Source: Myxococcales bacterium (GTDB lineage: Bacteria; Myxococcota_A; Polyangia; Polyangiales; Polyangiaceae). From it: a DNA stretch of 12,551 nt. Positions 1 through 7,843 of this stretch are shown here, piece by piece; the first letter of the stretch is position 1, and each line of letters begins with the position of its first letter. The notes beneath the pieces are model-generated. The model saw only the letters and a program-made list of their open reading frames with translations, made no database searches and had not been told where the DNA came from. The translations under genes were made by a program, and so were the position numbers. The stretch covers positions 1 to 12,551 of the forward strand of contig JAYTOU010000058.1 in assembly GCA_043747615.1 (NCBI GenBank), given 5' to 3'.

Positions 1-74
1 TCGTATCGCTTCCCACGGCCACTCGTGTGCGCGCCCAGCGCCCGCCGCAACTTCGATCCTTCCGTCGTCGTCAT
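1..74 (-). CDS. IS66 TnpA-like (first ORF) protein, N-terminal 24 aa only
   Basis: ATG at 74 gives MTTTEGSKLRRALGAHTSGRGKRY..., open to the window edge. The GRGKRY motif resembles the helix-turn-helix start of IS66 accessory ORFs, and the position just inside a GTAA terminus fits. Confidence 0.5.
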   Translation of the reverse strand, partial: MTTTEGSKLRRALGAHTSGRGKRY

Positions 75-132
75 GCACGTAGCCGAGCATGAAGCGAGAG
101 CTACGTCAGGACGGGGCCAGGCGAGACCTTAC
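1..132 (-). mobile_element. Probable left end of an IS66-family insertion sequence, continuing beyond the window start
   Basis: Minus strand from 132 reads GTAAGGTCTCGCCTGGCCCCGTCC. IS66 terminal inverted repeats typically start GTAA. A TnpA-like ORF starts 58 nt inside. The right IR, tnpB/tnpC and the second target copy are outside the window. Confidence 0.6.
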
Positions 133-278
133 TTTCGACTCGACCCACGCGCCGCCGCCGACGCGCGGCTCGAGGCTGGGGAATGCCCTTTGTAGCTGGG
201 CCCCGGAGCGAATTTTGGTTCAGTCGCCAATACAGACCGAAGGCTATCCCGATCGTGCCTCCCGCGCGGGTTCAACCT

Positions 279-426
279 GATCCATCGCCGCTGCTCGCCG
301 AGATCGCGCTGCATGCGTCCGGCGAGGGCGATCGCACCGCCGAAGCCAGACGTGCCAAGCCAGAGGAAGTGCCTTCAGTGAGCAGGGCGCGGTCTCCTGC
401 GATCCCTCGGGTTCGTCCGGAAGCAC
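279..426 (-). pseudogene. chrA: Chromate transporter ChrA (CHR family) 5' remnant, frameshifted and truncated
   Basis: GTG at 426 (10 nt after the DUF1080 stop) gives MLPDEPEGSQETAPCSLK. After a frame change at about 372, the frame from 371 reads HFLWLGTSGFGGAIALAGRMQRDLGEQRRWI, matching the CHR N-terminal signature FLxLGxxxFGGPxAxxxxMxxxLVExRxWI. Similarity stops after WI (279), and a TGA lies just upstream in the second frame. Confidence 0.85.
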
Positions 427-436
427 GGTCGAGTCT

Positions 437-1210
437 TCAGTTCAGCGGCTTCGCGCTGAGATCGTCGAAGTAAGTGACGGAGTCGGCCTTGGTCCAGAGA
501 CCCACCTTCCCTGCCTCGACGAAGGTCGGGTCGTGCTGGTCGATGACCTTCGCGCCATCCCAGAACACCTCGAAGTGATCCCCACGAGCGACGACGCGGT
601 AGTCGTGCCACGCGCCCGACGTCACCTTTCCGCTGTGGGTCGCGATCTGTTGGCGATGACCGTCTTTCACGAAGTAGAGGCGAACGTTTCCTTCGAGCGC
701 GTTCGCTCGCGTCACGTAATAATTGTTCGAGTCCTTGACCCGAAAGACGAGGCCACACGCCTGATCGACGCTCCCCGAAGCGGGCTTGCATCGGACGCTA
801 AGCTCGAGATCCCGAAGCGTCGGTTCTTCGGCGATTGCGACCGGGAATCCGTGATCCGTCGTGTCCGCATCCGTCTGCGCGAGAACGTTGCTCCCGCTCG
901 GTGCGCCGGCTTCGGTGCGTACGACCCACTTCCCGTCGCGTCCTTCGCCAGTGCGGCCAAACGAGAAGCCCGCGGGAGGCGCGCCGGCCTTGTCGGAATC
1001 GAAGTTCCAACTCCGCGCGCCAGTCGGAGCCACCGCCGGCTGTGCCGAGGTTGCCGCATCGGTCGTCGGAGGAGCGCTCGTCGCCGCGCTCGCGCCGGGC
1101 GTGGGCACGCTGCTAGGCGGAATAGCGGGCCTCGGAGAGGCGTCCTGGCCGCGACATCCGCTGAGCCCGATCACGAACCAACAAAAGGCACATCTCAATC
1201 CGTTCTTCAT
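437..1210 (-). CDS. DUF1080-like (3-keto-disaccharide hydrolase / concanavalin A fold) lipoprotein, 257 aa
   Basis: True start is ATG 1210 (GGAGGAG RBS, ATGA overlap with the MFP stop), not 1480. Lipobox LSGC and a Pro/Ala/Thr linker precede family-type motifs: GLVFRVKDSNNYY, WHDYRVVARGDHFEVFWDG and GKVGLWTKADSVTYFDDL. Confidence 0.8.
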   Translation of the reverse strand: MKNGLRCAFCWFVIGLSGCRGQDASPRPAIPPSSVPTPGASAATSAPPTTDAATSAQPAVAPTGARSWNFDSDKAGAPPAGFSFGRTGEGRDGKWVVRTEAGAPSGSNVLAQTDADTTDHGFPVAIAEEPTLRDLELSVRCKPASGSVDQACGLVFRVKDSNNYYVTRANALEGNVRLYFVKDGHRQQIATHSGKVTSGAWHDYRVVARGDHFEVFWDGAKVIDQHDPTFVEAGKVGLWTKADSVTYFDDLSAKPLN

Positions 1211-2298
1211 GGCGCTCCTCCGTCCGCTCCCACTGGCTTCGCCGGGGCAATGTTCACGTGGGCTCCCGTCCGCAGCTCCTCGTTCCCGCGCCGCGCCACG
1301 AGCTCGCCTTCCTTGAGCGGACCAATCACCTCGATGAGATCGCCTTGCGTCACCCCGCGGGTCACCGGCACCTGCTCGACAACACCGTCCTTTATCCGCT
1401 CCACGAACGTCTTTTCGGTCGACGACACGATCGCCGCCGGGGGAACGAAAAGGGAGGGCGCGGTGCGCTTCACGGGCCACTTCACGTCCGCAAACATTCC
1501 GGGAGCGAGCCGACCGTCGGTGTTCTCGACATCGAGCTCGACGGCCATCGATCGCGTTTTCTCGTCGACGGAGCGCGACACCCGGCGCGTGATCCCCGTG
1601 AAGTTCACACCTGGAAATGCGCGCACGGAAAACGTCGCTGTCGTCCCCTCCGCGATGGCGCCCACCAACGTCTCAGGGACCGGAATGGTCAATCTCAACT
1701 TCGCGACTTGCTCCACGCGAAGGAGCTGCGCCGCGTTGCCGCCCGCTTGCGGACCAACCAGCGCGCCGGGGTGAACGTTCCGCTCCGTCACCACGCCGTC
1801 GAACGGCGCCGTGACGCTGAGGTATTGCTCCATCGCGCGAAGCGCATCGACGCGGGCCTGATCGGCCGTCACCGCCGCCTCGGCGAGCTCGACCTCGTGC
1901 GCGGCGACCGCGCCGGGGGTTTGCGACGCGGCGCTGAGCCTGGCGGCCGTGCTCTTGTCCACCTGCAGCTTCGCCTGGGCCTCGGCGCGCTGGGCATTGA
2001 GCTCTGGGGCAACGATGGTCAGAAGGAGCTGCCCATTTTTTACCTGCGTTCCCCGATCAACGCGCACCGATTGAACGAAGCCGTTCGCACGCGCGTGGAT
2101 CGCGACTTCCTCGTAGGCCTTCAGCTCCCCTTCGAGATGGGCGAGAGTGTCGAGCGGCTTCGAGACGACGGGCACCGCCTCGATCGTCGGTACAGAGGCC
2201 GGCCCTGCAGAGGTCACCGCCGAACCGGAGTCGTCTTTCGGTCGGGAGCAGGCGCTTACGGATAGGGCGACGAAAAGCAGCCATACGGGGTTGTTCAT
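1207..2298 (-). CDS. RND efflux periplasmic adaptor (membrane fusion protein), 363 aa
   Basis: Lipobox VSAC, lipoyl-like IHARANGFVQSVRVDRGTQVKNGQLL, coiled hairpin, VTAPFDGVVTERNVHPGALV and LAPGMFADV. ATGA overlap with the RND gene stop. Confidence 0.95.
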   Translation of the reverse strand: MNNPVWLLFVALSVSACSRPKDDSGSAVTSAGPASVPTIEAVPVVSKPLDTLAHLEGELKAYEEVAIHARANGFVQSVRVDRGTQVKNGQLLLTIVAPELNAQRAEAQAKLQVDKSTAARLSAASQTPGAVAAHEVELAEAAVTADQARVDALRAMEQYLSVTAPFDGVVTERNVHPGALVGPQAGGNAAQLLRVEQVAKLRLTIPVPETLVGAIAEGTTATFSVRAFPGVNFTGITRRVSRSVDEKTRSMAVELDVENTDGRLAPGMFADVKWPVKRTAPSLFVPPAAIVSSTEKTFVERIKDGVVEQVPVTRGVTQGDLIEVIGPLKEGELVARRGNEELRTGAHVNIAPAKPVGADGGAP

Positions 2299-5200
2299 GC
2301 GGGCACCTCTTCAGCGCGAGCGGCGCCAGGATCATCCGGATCGAGCGATGGCGACGTTGCCGCGCCCTTCTTTCCAAACGCCACGTACACAGCGGGCACG
2401 ATCAAGAGCGTCGCAAACGTCGATGCCACCAACCCCCCGATGACCGCACGTCCGAGGGGCGCGGACTGCTCGCCCCCTTCTCCAAGAGCGAGCGCCGTCG
2501 GAACCATTCCGGCAATCATGGCCACGCTGGTCATGAGAATCGGTCGCAGGCGACCACGTGCCGCGTCCACGATCGCTTCCGTTTGAGCGGCCCCGGCGTG
2601 CCATTTGTCTCGGGCAAACGTGACGAAGAGGAGAGCGTTCGCCACGGATACACCGATCGACATGATCGCGCCCATCATGGATTGCACGTTGAGCGAGGTG
2701 CGCGTCACCCAGAGCGCACAGAGCACGCCCGCGAGGACAGCCGGCACCGTCATGAGCACCACCACCGGCTCGCGGACGGACTGGAAGTTCGCCGTGAGAA
2801 GAAGGAGCACGACCAGCACGGCAAGACCGAGGCCCTCGCGGAGGCTCAGGAGCGTCGTTCGCATCTGCTCGGCCTGTCCATGGAGGGCGACGCTGCTCCC
2901 CTTCGGCGGCGGGCCCAGGTTGCGGATCGCACGATCGACCGCGTCGGCCGCCCCGCCGAGATCGTCGCCTATCACGTTGGCCGTCACGCTGATCGTCCGC
3001 TGGCTGTCGTAGTGATCGATTTCACCGGGTGTCGTGCCCTCCTGGACGGTCGCGACGTCCCGCAGAAGCGCGCGGCCCGAGCCGCCCTGCATGACCGGGA
3101 GATTCGAGACGTCCTCGATGGACTTGACCTGATCCTCGGGCACCCTGACCTCCACGCGATAGCCGACGCCGGTGGCGGGATCCGTCCAAAAAATGGGCGT
3201 CGTGAGCGCGCTCGAGGAGGTCGCGGACACGAGCGACTTCCCGATTCGATCGACGGTCAGTCCGAGCTGCCCAGCGCGCTCGCGATCGATCTTCACGTCG
3301 AGCGTGGGGTAATCGAGCGCGAGCGGGATCTGGACGTCGCGAAGGGCTGGGATGCCCTTGAGCGACTCGACGAGACGATTGGCGAACGCCCGACTCTCCG
3401 AAAGGCTCTTGCCGGAGATCGTCACCTGAATCGGGGTCGGTGCCCCGAAGTTCAGCACTTGAGAGACGATGTCGCCGGCTTCGAACGAGAAGCGGACGCT
3501 CGGATATTTTTCGCTCAGGCGGCGACGAAGGCGCTCTTGGAGCTCAGGCATCGGCACGCGCTTGTCGCCCTTGAGGGACACGAGCAAGAGCGCGTCTTGC
3601 GGCCCCGAGTTGAACACGTAGATGGCATTCACCGGGTAGGTCCAGGCCGGGTTGCCAATGTTGGCGAGCGTCATCCGAACGCCGTCCGCGCCCGCTTCTT
3701 CGCGGATCACGGCATCGACGCCGCGCGCGATGTCGACCGTCCGCTCGAGTCGGGTTCCTGAAGGAGCTCGAATCCGGAGTTGAAATTGACCGGTGTCGAC
3801 GCGGGGAAAGAGCTCGGTCCCGAGATGCCGCAGAAGAAGAAGAACCGCGGGGGCACATCCAACGAGGTAAAGCGCGAGCGCCAACCAACGAAACCGGACG
3901 ATGCCCGCAACGAGCCGACCGTAGGCGTTGCTCGCGCGCTCGAAGAGACCGTGCTTGGTCGAGTGTGCGGGCTTCGCATTTCGAAAGAGACGCGCCGAGA
4001 GCACCGGCACGAGCGTGCTCGAGAGGAGGTACGAGGCGACAATCGCGAAACCAACGGCGAGGGCGAGCGGCGGGAAGAGCGCGCGGCTTATTCCGACGAG
4101 AAAGAAGGTGGGAAGGAAAACCGCCAAGATGCAGATCATCGCAAGCAAGCGCGGCTGCATAACTTCACGCATGGCGTCGACGACCGCGCGTCCGGCGTTC
4201 TCTTCGGTCGCCAGGTGGGCGTGAATATTTTCGATCGCCACCGTCGCTTCGTCGACGAGAATGCCCACCGCCAGCGCGAGGCCACTCAAGGTCATGATGT
4301 TGATTGTTTGACCAGCGAGCCGTAGGCCGATGAGCGCGGAGAAAATCGAGAGCGGAATGGTGAGCACGACGATGAGCGCCGATCGCCAGTTGCGCAGGAA
4401 AATCAGCACTGTGAGCGCGGTGAGCACGGCTCCAAGCGCACCTTCCATCGCCAAGCCGCGAATGGCGTTCGCGACGAAAATGGACTGATCGAACTCGAAG
4501 CTCACGTTCACGTCCGCGGGGACGCGCGAGCGCATCTCTGGAAGCGCCTTACGAATGCTAGCGACGACATCGAGTGTCGAAGCGTCGGGCCTCTTCGTGA
4601 GCGGCATGTAGACGGTGTCCCTGCCGTTCACGAGCGCGACGTTGGAGACGACGTCGCTGCTGTCCTCGACTCGCGCCACGTCGCGCAAGAGAACCGTGGG
4701 TCCGGCTCCCGTACGCAAAGGGAGCGTCTCGAGCTCCTTCGTGCTCGAGACCATCGCATTCGTGGCCGCGATCGTCGTGTAGTCACCTACGCGAACGTTC
4801 CCGGCGGGCAGGGTCAGGTTGCCGCGGGCGATCGCCGTTGCAACTTCATCGCTGGAGATTCCGTAAGAACGAAGGCGATCCGGATCGACGTACGCGACGA
4901 CCATGCGCACCTTGCCGCCCGAGGGAGGCGGCGCCGAGACGCCTGGCAAGGTCGCAAGGAGTGGTCGCACCTTGAATAGCGCGAGATCTTGCACTTCCCC
5001 GCCCCCGCGCGTTTCGCTCGAGAAAACAAGCTGTCCCACGGGCACCGAGCCCACGTCGAAGCGCACGATGAACGGCGGCAACGTGCCGGTCGGCATGAAC
5101 GACGTCGCGCGAAATGCCATCGCCGTCACCTGCGAGAGCGATTGAGCGATGTCGGTCCCGGGATGAAAGTACAGCTTGAGCATCGCCATCCCTTGAATGG

Positions 5201-5450
5201 ATTGCGACTCGATGTGCTCGATGCCGTTGATGTAGAGGAAGTGGTACTCGTAATAACCGACGAGCTGCCCCTCCATCTGCGTGGGAGACATTCCGCCGAA
5301 CGGCTGGACGACGTAGACGACGGGCACGCCGAGGCTCGGAAAAATGTCGGCCGGCGCGCGACGGAGGGAGAGCGCGGACCCAAAGAGGATCGCGACGACG
5401 AGAACGCCGATCGTGAGTGGACGCCGCAGCGCCCAAGTGACGAGCCACAT
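2295..5450 (-). CDS. RND efflux transporter permease subunit (AcrB/CusA superfamily), 1051 aa
   Basis: Typical length and 12-TM pattern with two large periplasmic loops. TM4 reads GLALAVGILVDEATVAIEN and the C-terminal region has RLRPILMTS...PLGRAVIGGL. A GGAGG RBS lies in the tail of the upstream TolC gene. Confidence 0.97.
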   Translation of the reverse strand: MWLVTWALRRPLTIGVLVVAILFGSALSLRRAPADIFPSLGVPVVYVVQPFGGMSPTQMEGQLVGYYEYHFLYINGIEHIESQSIQGMAMLKLYFHPGTDIAQSLSQVTAMAFRATSFMPTGTLPPFIVRFDVGSVPVGQLVFSSETRGGGEVQDLALFKVRPLLATLPGVSAPPPSGGKVRMVVAYVDPDRLRSYGISSDEVATAIARGNLTLPAGNVRVGDYTTIAATNAMVSSTKELETLPLRTGAGPTVLLRDVARVEDSSDVVSNVALVNGRDTVYMPLTKRPDASTLDVVASIRKALPEMRSRVPADVNVSFEFDQSIFVANAIRGLAMEGALGAVLTALTVLIFLRNWRSALIVVLTIPLSIFSALIGLRLAGQTINIMTLSGLALAVGILVDEATVAIENIHAHLATEENAGRAVVDAMREVMQPRLLAMICILAVFLPTFFLVGISRALFPPLALAVGFAIVASYLLSSTLVPVLSARLFRNAKPAHSTKHGLFERASNAYGRLVAGIVRFRWLALALYLVGCAPAVLLLLRHLGTELFPRVDTGQFQLRIRAPSGTRLERTVDIARGVDAVIREEAGADGVRMTLANIGNPAWTYPVNAIYVFNSGPQDALLLVSLKGDKRVPMPELQERLRRRLSEKYPSVRFSFEAGDIVSQVLNFGAPTPIQVTISGKSLSESRAFANRLVESLKGIPALRDVQIPLALDYPTLDVKIDRERAGQLGLTVDRIGKSLVSATSSSALTTPIFWTDPATGVGYRVEVRVPEDQVKSIEDVSNLPVMQGGSGRALLRDVATVQEGTTPGEIDHYDSQRTISVTANVIGDDLGGAADAVDRAIRNLGPPPKGSSVALHGQAEQMRTTLLSLREGLGLAVLVVLLLLTANFQSVREPVVVLMTVPAVLAGVLCALWVTRTSLNVQSMMGAIMSIGVSVANALLFVTFARDKWHAGAAQTEAIVDAARGRLRPILMTSVAMIAGMVPTALALGEGGEQSAPLGRAVIGGLVASTFATLLIVPAVYVAFGKKGAATSPSLDPDDPGAARAEEVPA

Positions 5451-5451
5451 C

Positions 5452-6846
5452 TTAGGTCGCGCCTCCGCGGCTTCGAACGAAGAACGGTGTCAGATCGCCT
5501 GCCGCGCGCGCGAGAAGGAGCTGTGCTCGCCGGACTTCGAGGCGCGCAACTGCATCATCGAGCTCGGCCTGGGCGAGAAGGCGCTGGGCGTCGGCCACCT
5601 CGACGACCGACGTGAGTCCGGTGCGGAATCGCGCGGTCGCCTGCTCCTCGGCGGCGCGCGCCGAGGAGAGGGCGATAGGCGTATTGCGAGCGATGCGCAC
5701 GGCTCCATCGAGCATCGCGGCGGCGGTCGAGAGTTGGCCGGAGATCGCGAGCGAGGTCTCGTCACGCCGAGCGGCAGCCACAGCTTCGTTGGCGACCGCG
5801 CCGCGTGCGCGCGCTCGGATCGTCGGAATGTCGAAGAACGACCAGCTTGCAACGGCGCCCACCGCCCAGTTCGGAATGTCCGGGACGAGGCCCGCTGCGG
5901 GGCTTCCGAAGAGACCGCTTCCGCGCAGCCAAAGAGCCGCTACGAGATCGACGCGCGGCAGATATTCGAGCTCCACGCTCCTCGTCACTTGGCCGGCGCG
6001 GTCGACGGTGGCTCGTGTCTCGATCAGCTGAGGATGGCTCGGGCTGGCCGCAACGCCACGCGGTGTGGCTTCGTCCGCCGGACCGAGGATCGCGCCGGGG
6101 ACGAGCTCTGCGCGGACCGCCGCGTTTCCCATCGCTTCAGCGAGTTGGGAGCGACGAATGTCCCGCTGCTGCTCTGCCCGAATGACGGCAGTCTGTGCGA
6201 GCGCGAGCTCCGCATCGGCCCGCGCACCATCCGCCCCGGGCCGAAGGCTCTGATCGACGAGCGATTTCACGACGCCGGCCAGAACTTTCGCCCGACCCGC
6301 GTTCATTCCGGCCGCCTTGACGGCTTCTTGGGCTTCGAGCGTCGCGAGGAAGCTGTCTGCGGTCTGATACGCGATGTCCAGACGGCGGGCATTGGTCGCC
6401 GCCTCCGACTCGCTGCGACCGGCGATCGCAACATCAACGGCTGCCGCCTGGCGGGCGATCGAGAGGATGTCATACGAGGCGTACAAGCTGACGCCCGTTT
6501 GCCAGGTGCCTCCATCGAAAGCTTTCCCTCGTGGCGCGCCCGAGATCGGCGGAAAACCCGTGGTCGAGAAGAAAGCTCCAGGTGGTGTATTTCCCGTCGA
6601 GCGATTGAGCTGGGCGCTCACGCCGACGTCCGGGAGCTTGTTCGACTCCGCCTCGTCGACGCGCGCGGCAGCAACGGCTTCATTCGCGCGCGCGCCTTGA
6701 ATTCGTGGATGATTCGCAAGCGCCGCCGCGACGGCTTGATCGAGGGTCAGGGTCGCGGGGGCGCTCTGCTGCGCGCGCGCGTCGGGCGCGAACGTCGCGG
6801 TAAATGCCACGAAGCTTCCCATCGCCAACGTGCGCGCACGAATCAC
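5452..6846 (-). CDS. TolC-family outer membrane efflux factor, about 464 aa
   Basis: Likely start GTG 6846 (GTGA overlap with the DUF1259 stop). Signal peptide ends ARA, followed by LTLDQAVAAALANHP, LPDVGVSA, YLPRVDLVA and ARFRTGLTSVVEVADAQRLL (two-repeat OEP pattern). The ORF-track extension to 7590 overlaps the DUF1259 gene. Confidence 0.92.
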   Translation of the reverse strand: MIRARTLAMGSFVAFTATFAPDARAQQSAPATLTLDQAVAAALANHPRIQGARANEAVAAARVDEAESNKLPDVGVSAQLNRSTGNTPPGAFFSTTGFPPISGAPRGKAFDGGTWQTGVSLYASYDILSIARQAAAVDVAIAGRSESEAATNARRLDIAYQTADSFLATLEAQEAVKAAGMNAGRAKVLAGVVKSLVDQSLRPGADGARADAELALAQTAVIRAEQQRDIRRSQLAEAMGNAAVRAELVPGAILGPADEATPRGVAASPSHPQLIETRATVDRAGQVTRSVELEYLPRVDLVAALWLRGSGLFGSPAAGLVPDIPNWAVGAVASWSFFDIPTIRARARGAVANEAVAAARRDETSLAISGQLSTAAAMLDGAVRIARNTPIALSSARAAEEQATARFRTGLTSVVEVADAQRLLAQAELDDAVARLEVRRAQLLLARAAGDLTPFFVRSRGGAT

Positions 6847-7829
6847 GTCGATGATCCGGTGCGTCCGTCCCAGGCCGTAAGGTCGAGCGCGCGCTTGATC
6901 GTCGTGGCGAGACCCTCCGCGGTTCCTCGGCCCCAGTAGTGAAGAAAGAGGATGCGCGGGTTCTCGCCCGTCATGTGCGAGTGGATCGCGACGATGTTGA
7001 TCCCGCCCGCCCGCAGCGCCTTGAGGACAGGCTGGAGCTCTTGCTCGCTCACGGCGAAATCTCCGTCGACGACCGCGCCCTCGTCGGTGCCCGCGAACGC
7101 GGCCCACGTGTTCACGCCCATCGCCTTGCCAACCGTGCATCCACACTGAGCGGTCGCCTTTCGACCCATCGTCGCCTTGTACATGCCGTCCTTGCTCTGG
7201 CCCTTCACGCCAAAGAGGGCATCGAGCTTCGGCGCATCGACCTTGCTGGGCGTTGTGACCGGCGGCATCCCGAACGTCGTCCCGGACTGAGCGGACTTCG
7301 CGCGCACTCCTTTTTCCGCGTCCAGGGTCGCCCGGACGCCTTGCGCGAGCTGCGCCGAGGAGCCCTCCCCGCTGATGTGCATGAAGTAGACGTGCGGCTT
7401 GTCGAAGAAGAAGTGATTGTGGAGCGCGGTCACCTCGAGCCCGTGATCGAGCGCAGCGCTCATTACCGCATTCACCTCGTCCTCGAAGAGAACTAGGTCG
7501 CCCATCACCATCGCTTCCACGTTCGGCTTTTCGCCCGGCGTGAAGGCCGCCCAGGAAGTGAGACCCATGAACGGCGGCATCTTTGCCCAACCATCAACCT
7601 CGACGGGCACGTCCTCGCGGGGAAACGAGACCTTCACGACTTTGTCGGTGACCTCGGGCTTGCCGCCGGTGGCCGTCCCGATAGCAGCCGGGTCGAGCGG
7701 TGGTCGAGTCTGCGCGGGCGTCGCGGCGGAGGACGTCGCCGTGACCGTTGCAGCCGGCGGGGTCGGAGATGCTCCGCACCCAACGATTGCGAACGAGGCG
7801 AGGAGTGTAAGAGCGTACCGCTTGGTCAT
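6843..7829 (-). CDS. DUF1259 (LppY/LpqO-like) tandem-domain lipoprotein, about 328 aa
   Basis: Start at ATG 7829 with a GAAAGG RBS, or alternatively ATG 7847 overlapping the chrB stop. Lipobox IVGC. Two internal repeats: WAAF...VMGDLVLFEDEVN...ALHNHFF...YFMH and WAAF...VDGDFAVSEQELQ...AIHSHM...LFLHYWG. Confidence 0.88.
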   Translation of the reverse strand: MTKRYALTLLASFAIVGCGASPTPPAATVTATSSAATPAQTRPPLDPAAIGTATGGKPEVTDKVVKVSFPREDVPVEVDGWAKMPPFMGLTSWAAFTPGEKPNVEAMVMGDLVLFEDEVNAVMSAALDHGLEVTALHNHFFFDKPHVYFMHISGEGSSAQLAQGVRATLDAEKGVRAKSAQSGTTFGMPPVTTPSKVDAPKLDALFGVKGQSKDGMYKATMGRKATAQCGCTVGKAMGVNTWAAFAGTDEGAVVDGDFAVSEQELQPVLKALRAGGINIVAIHSHMTGENPRILFLHYWGRGTAEGLATTIKRALDLTAWDGRTGSST

Positions 7830-7843
7830 TCGTGTGCCTTTCA

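Noticed and set aside
1211..1480. N-terminal extension of the DUF1080 ORF (likewise 11580-11891 for the YncE-like ORF)
   Set aside because: These overlap the upstream genes. Internal ATGs at 1210 and 11579 have stop/start overlaps and are followed directly by lipoprotein signals.
6847..7590. N-terminal extension giving a 712-aa TolC fusion
   Set aside because: It overlaps the DUF1259 gene in another frame, and the signal peptide begins at GTG 6846.
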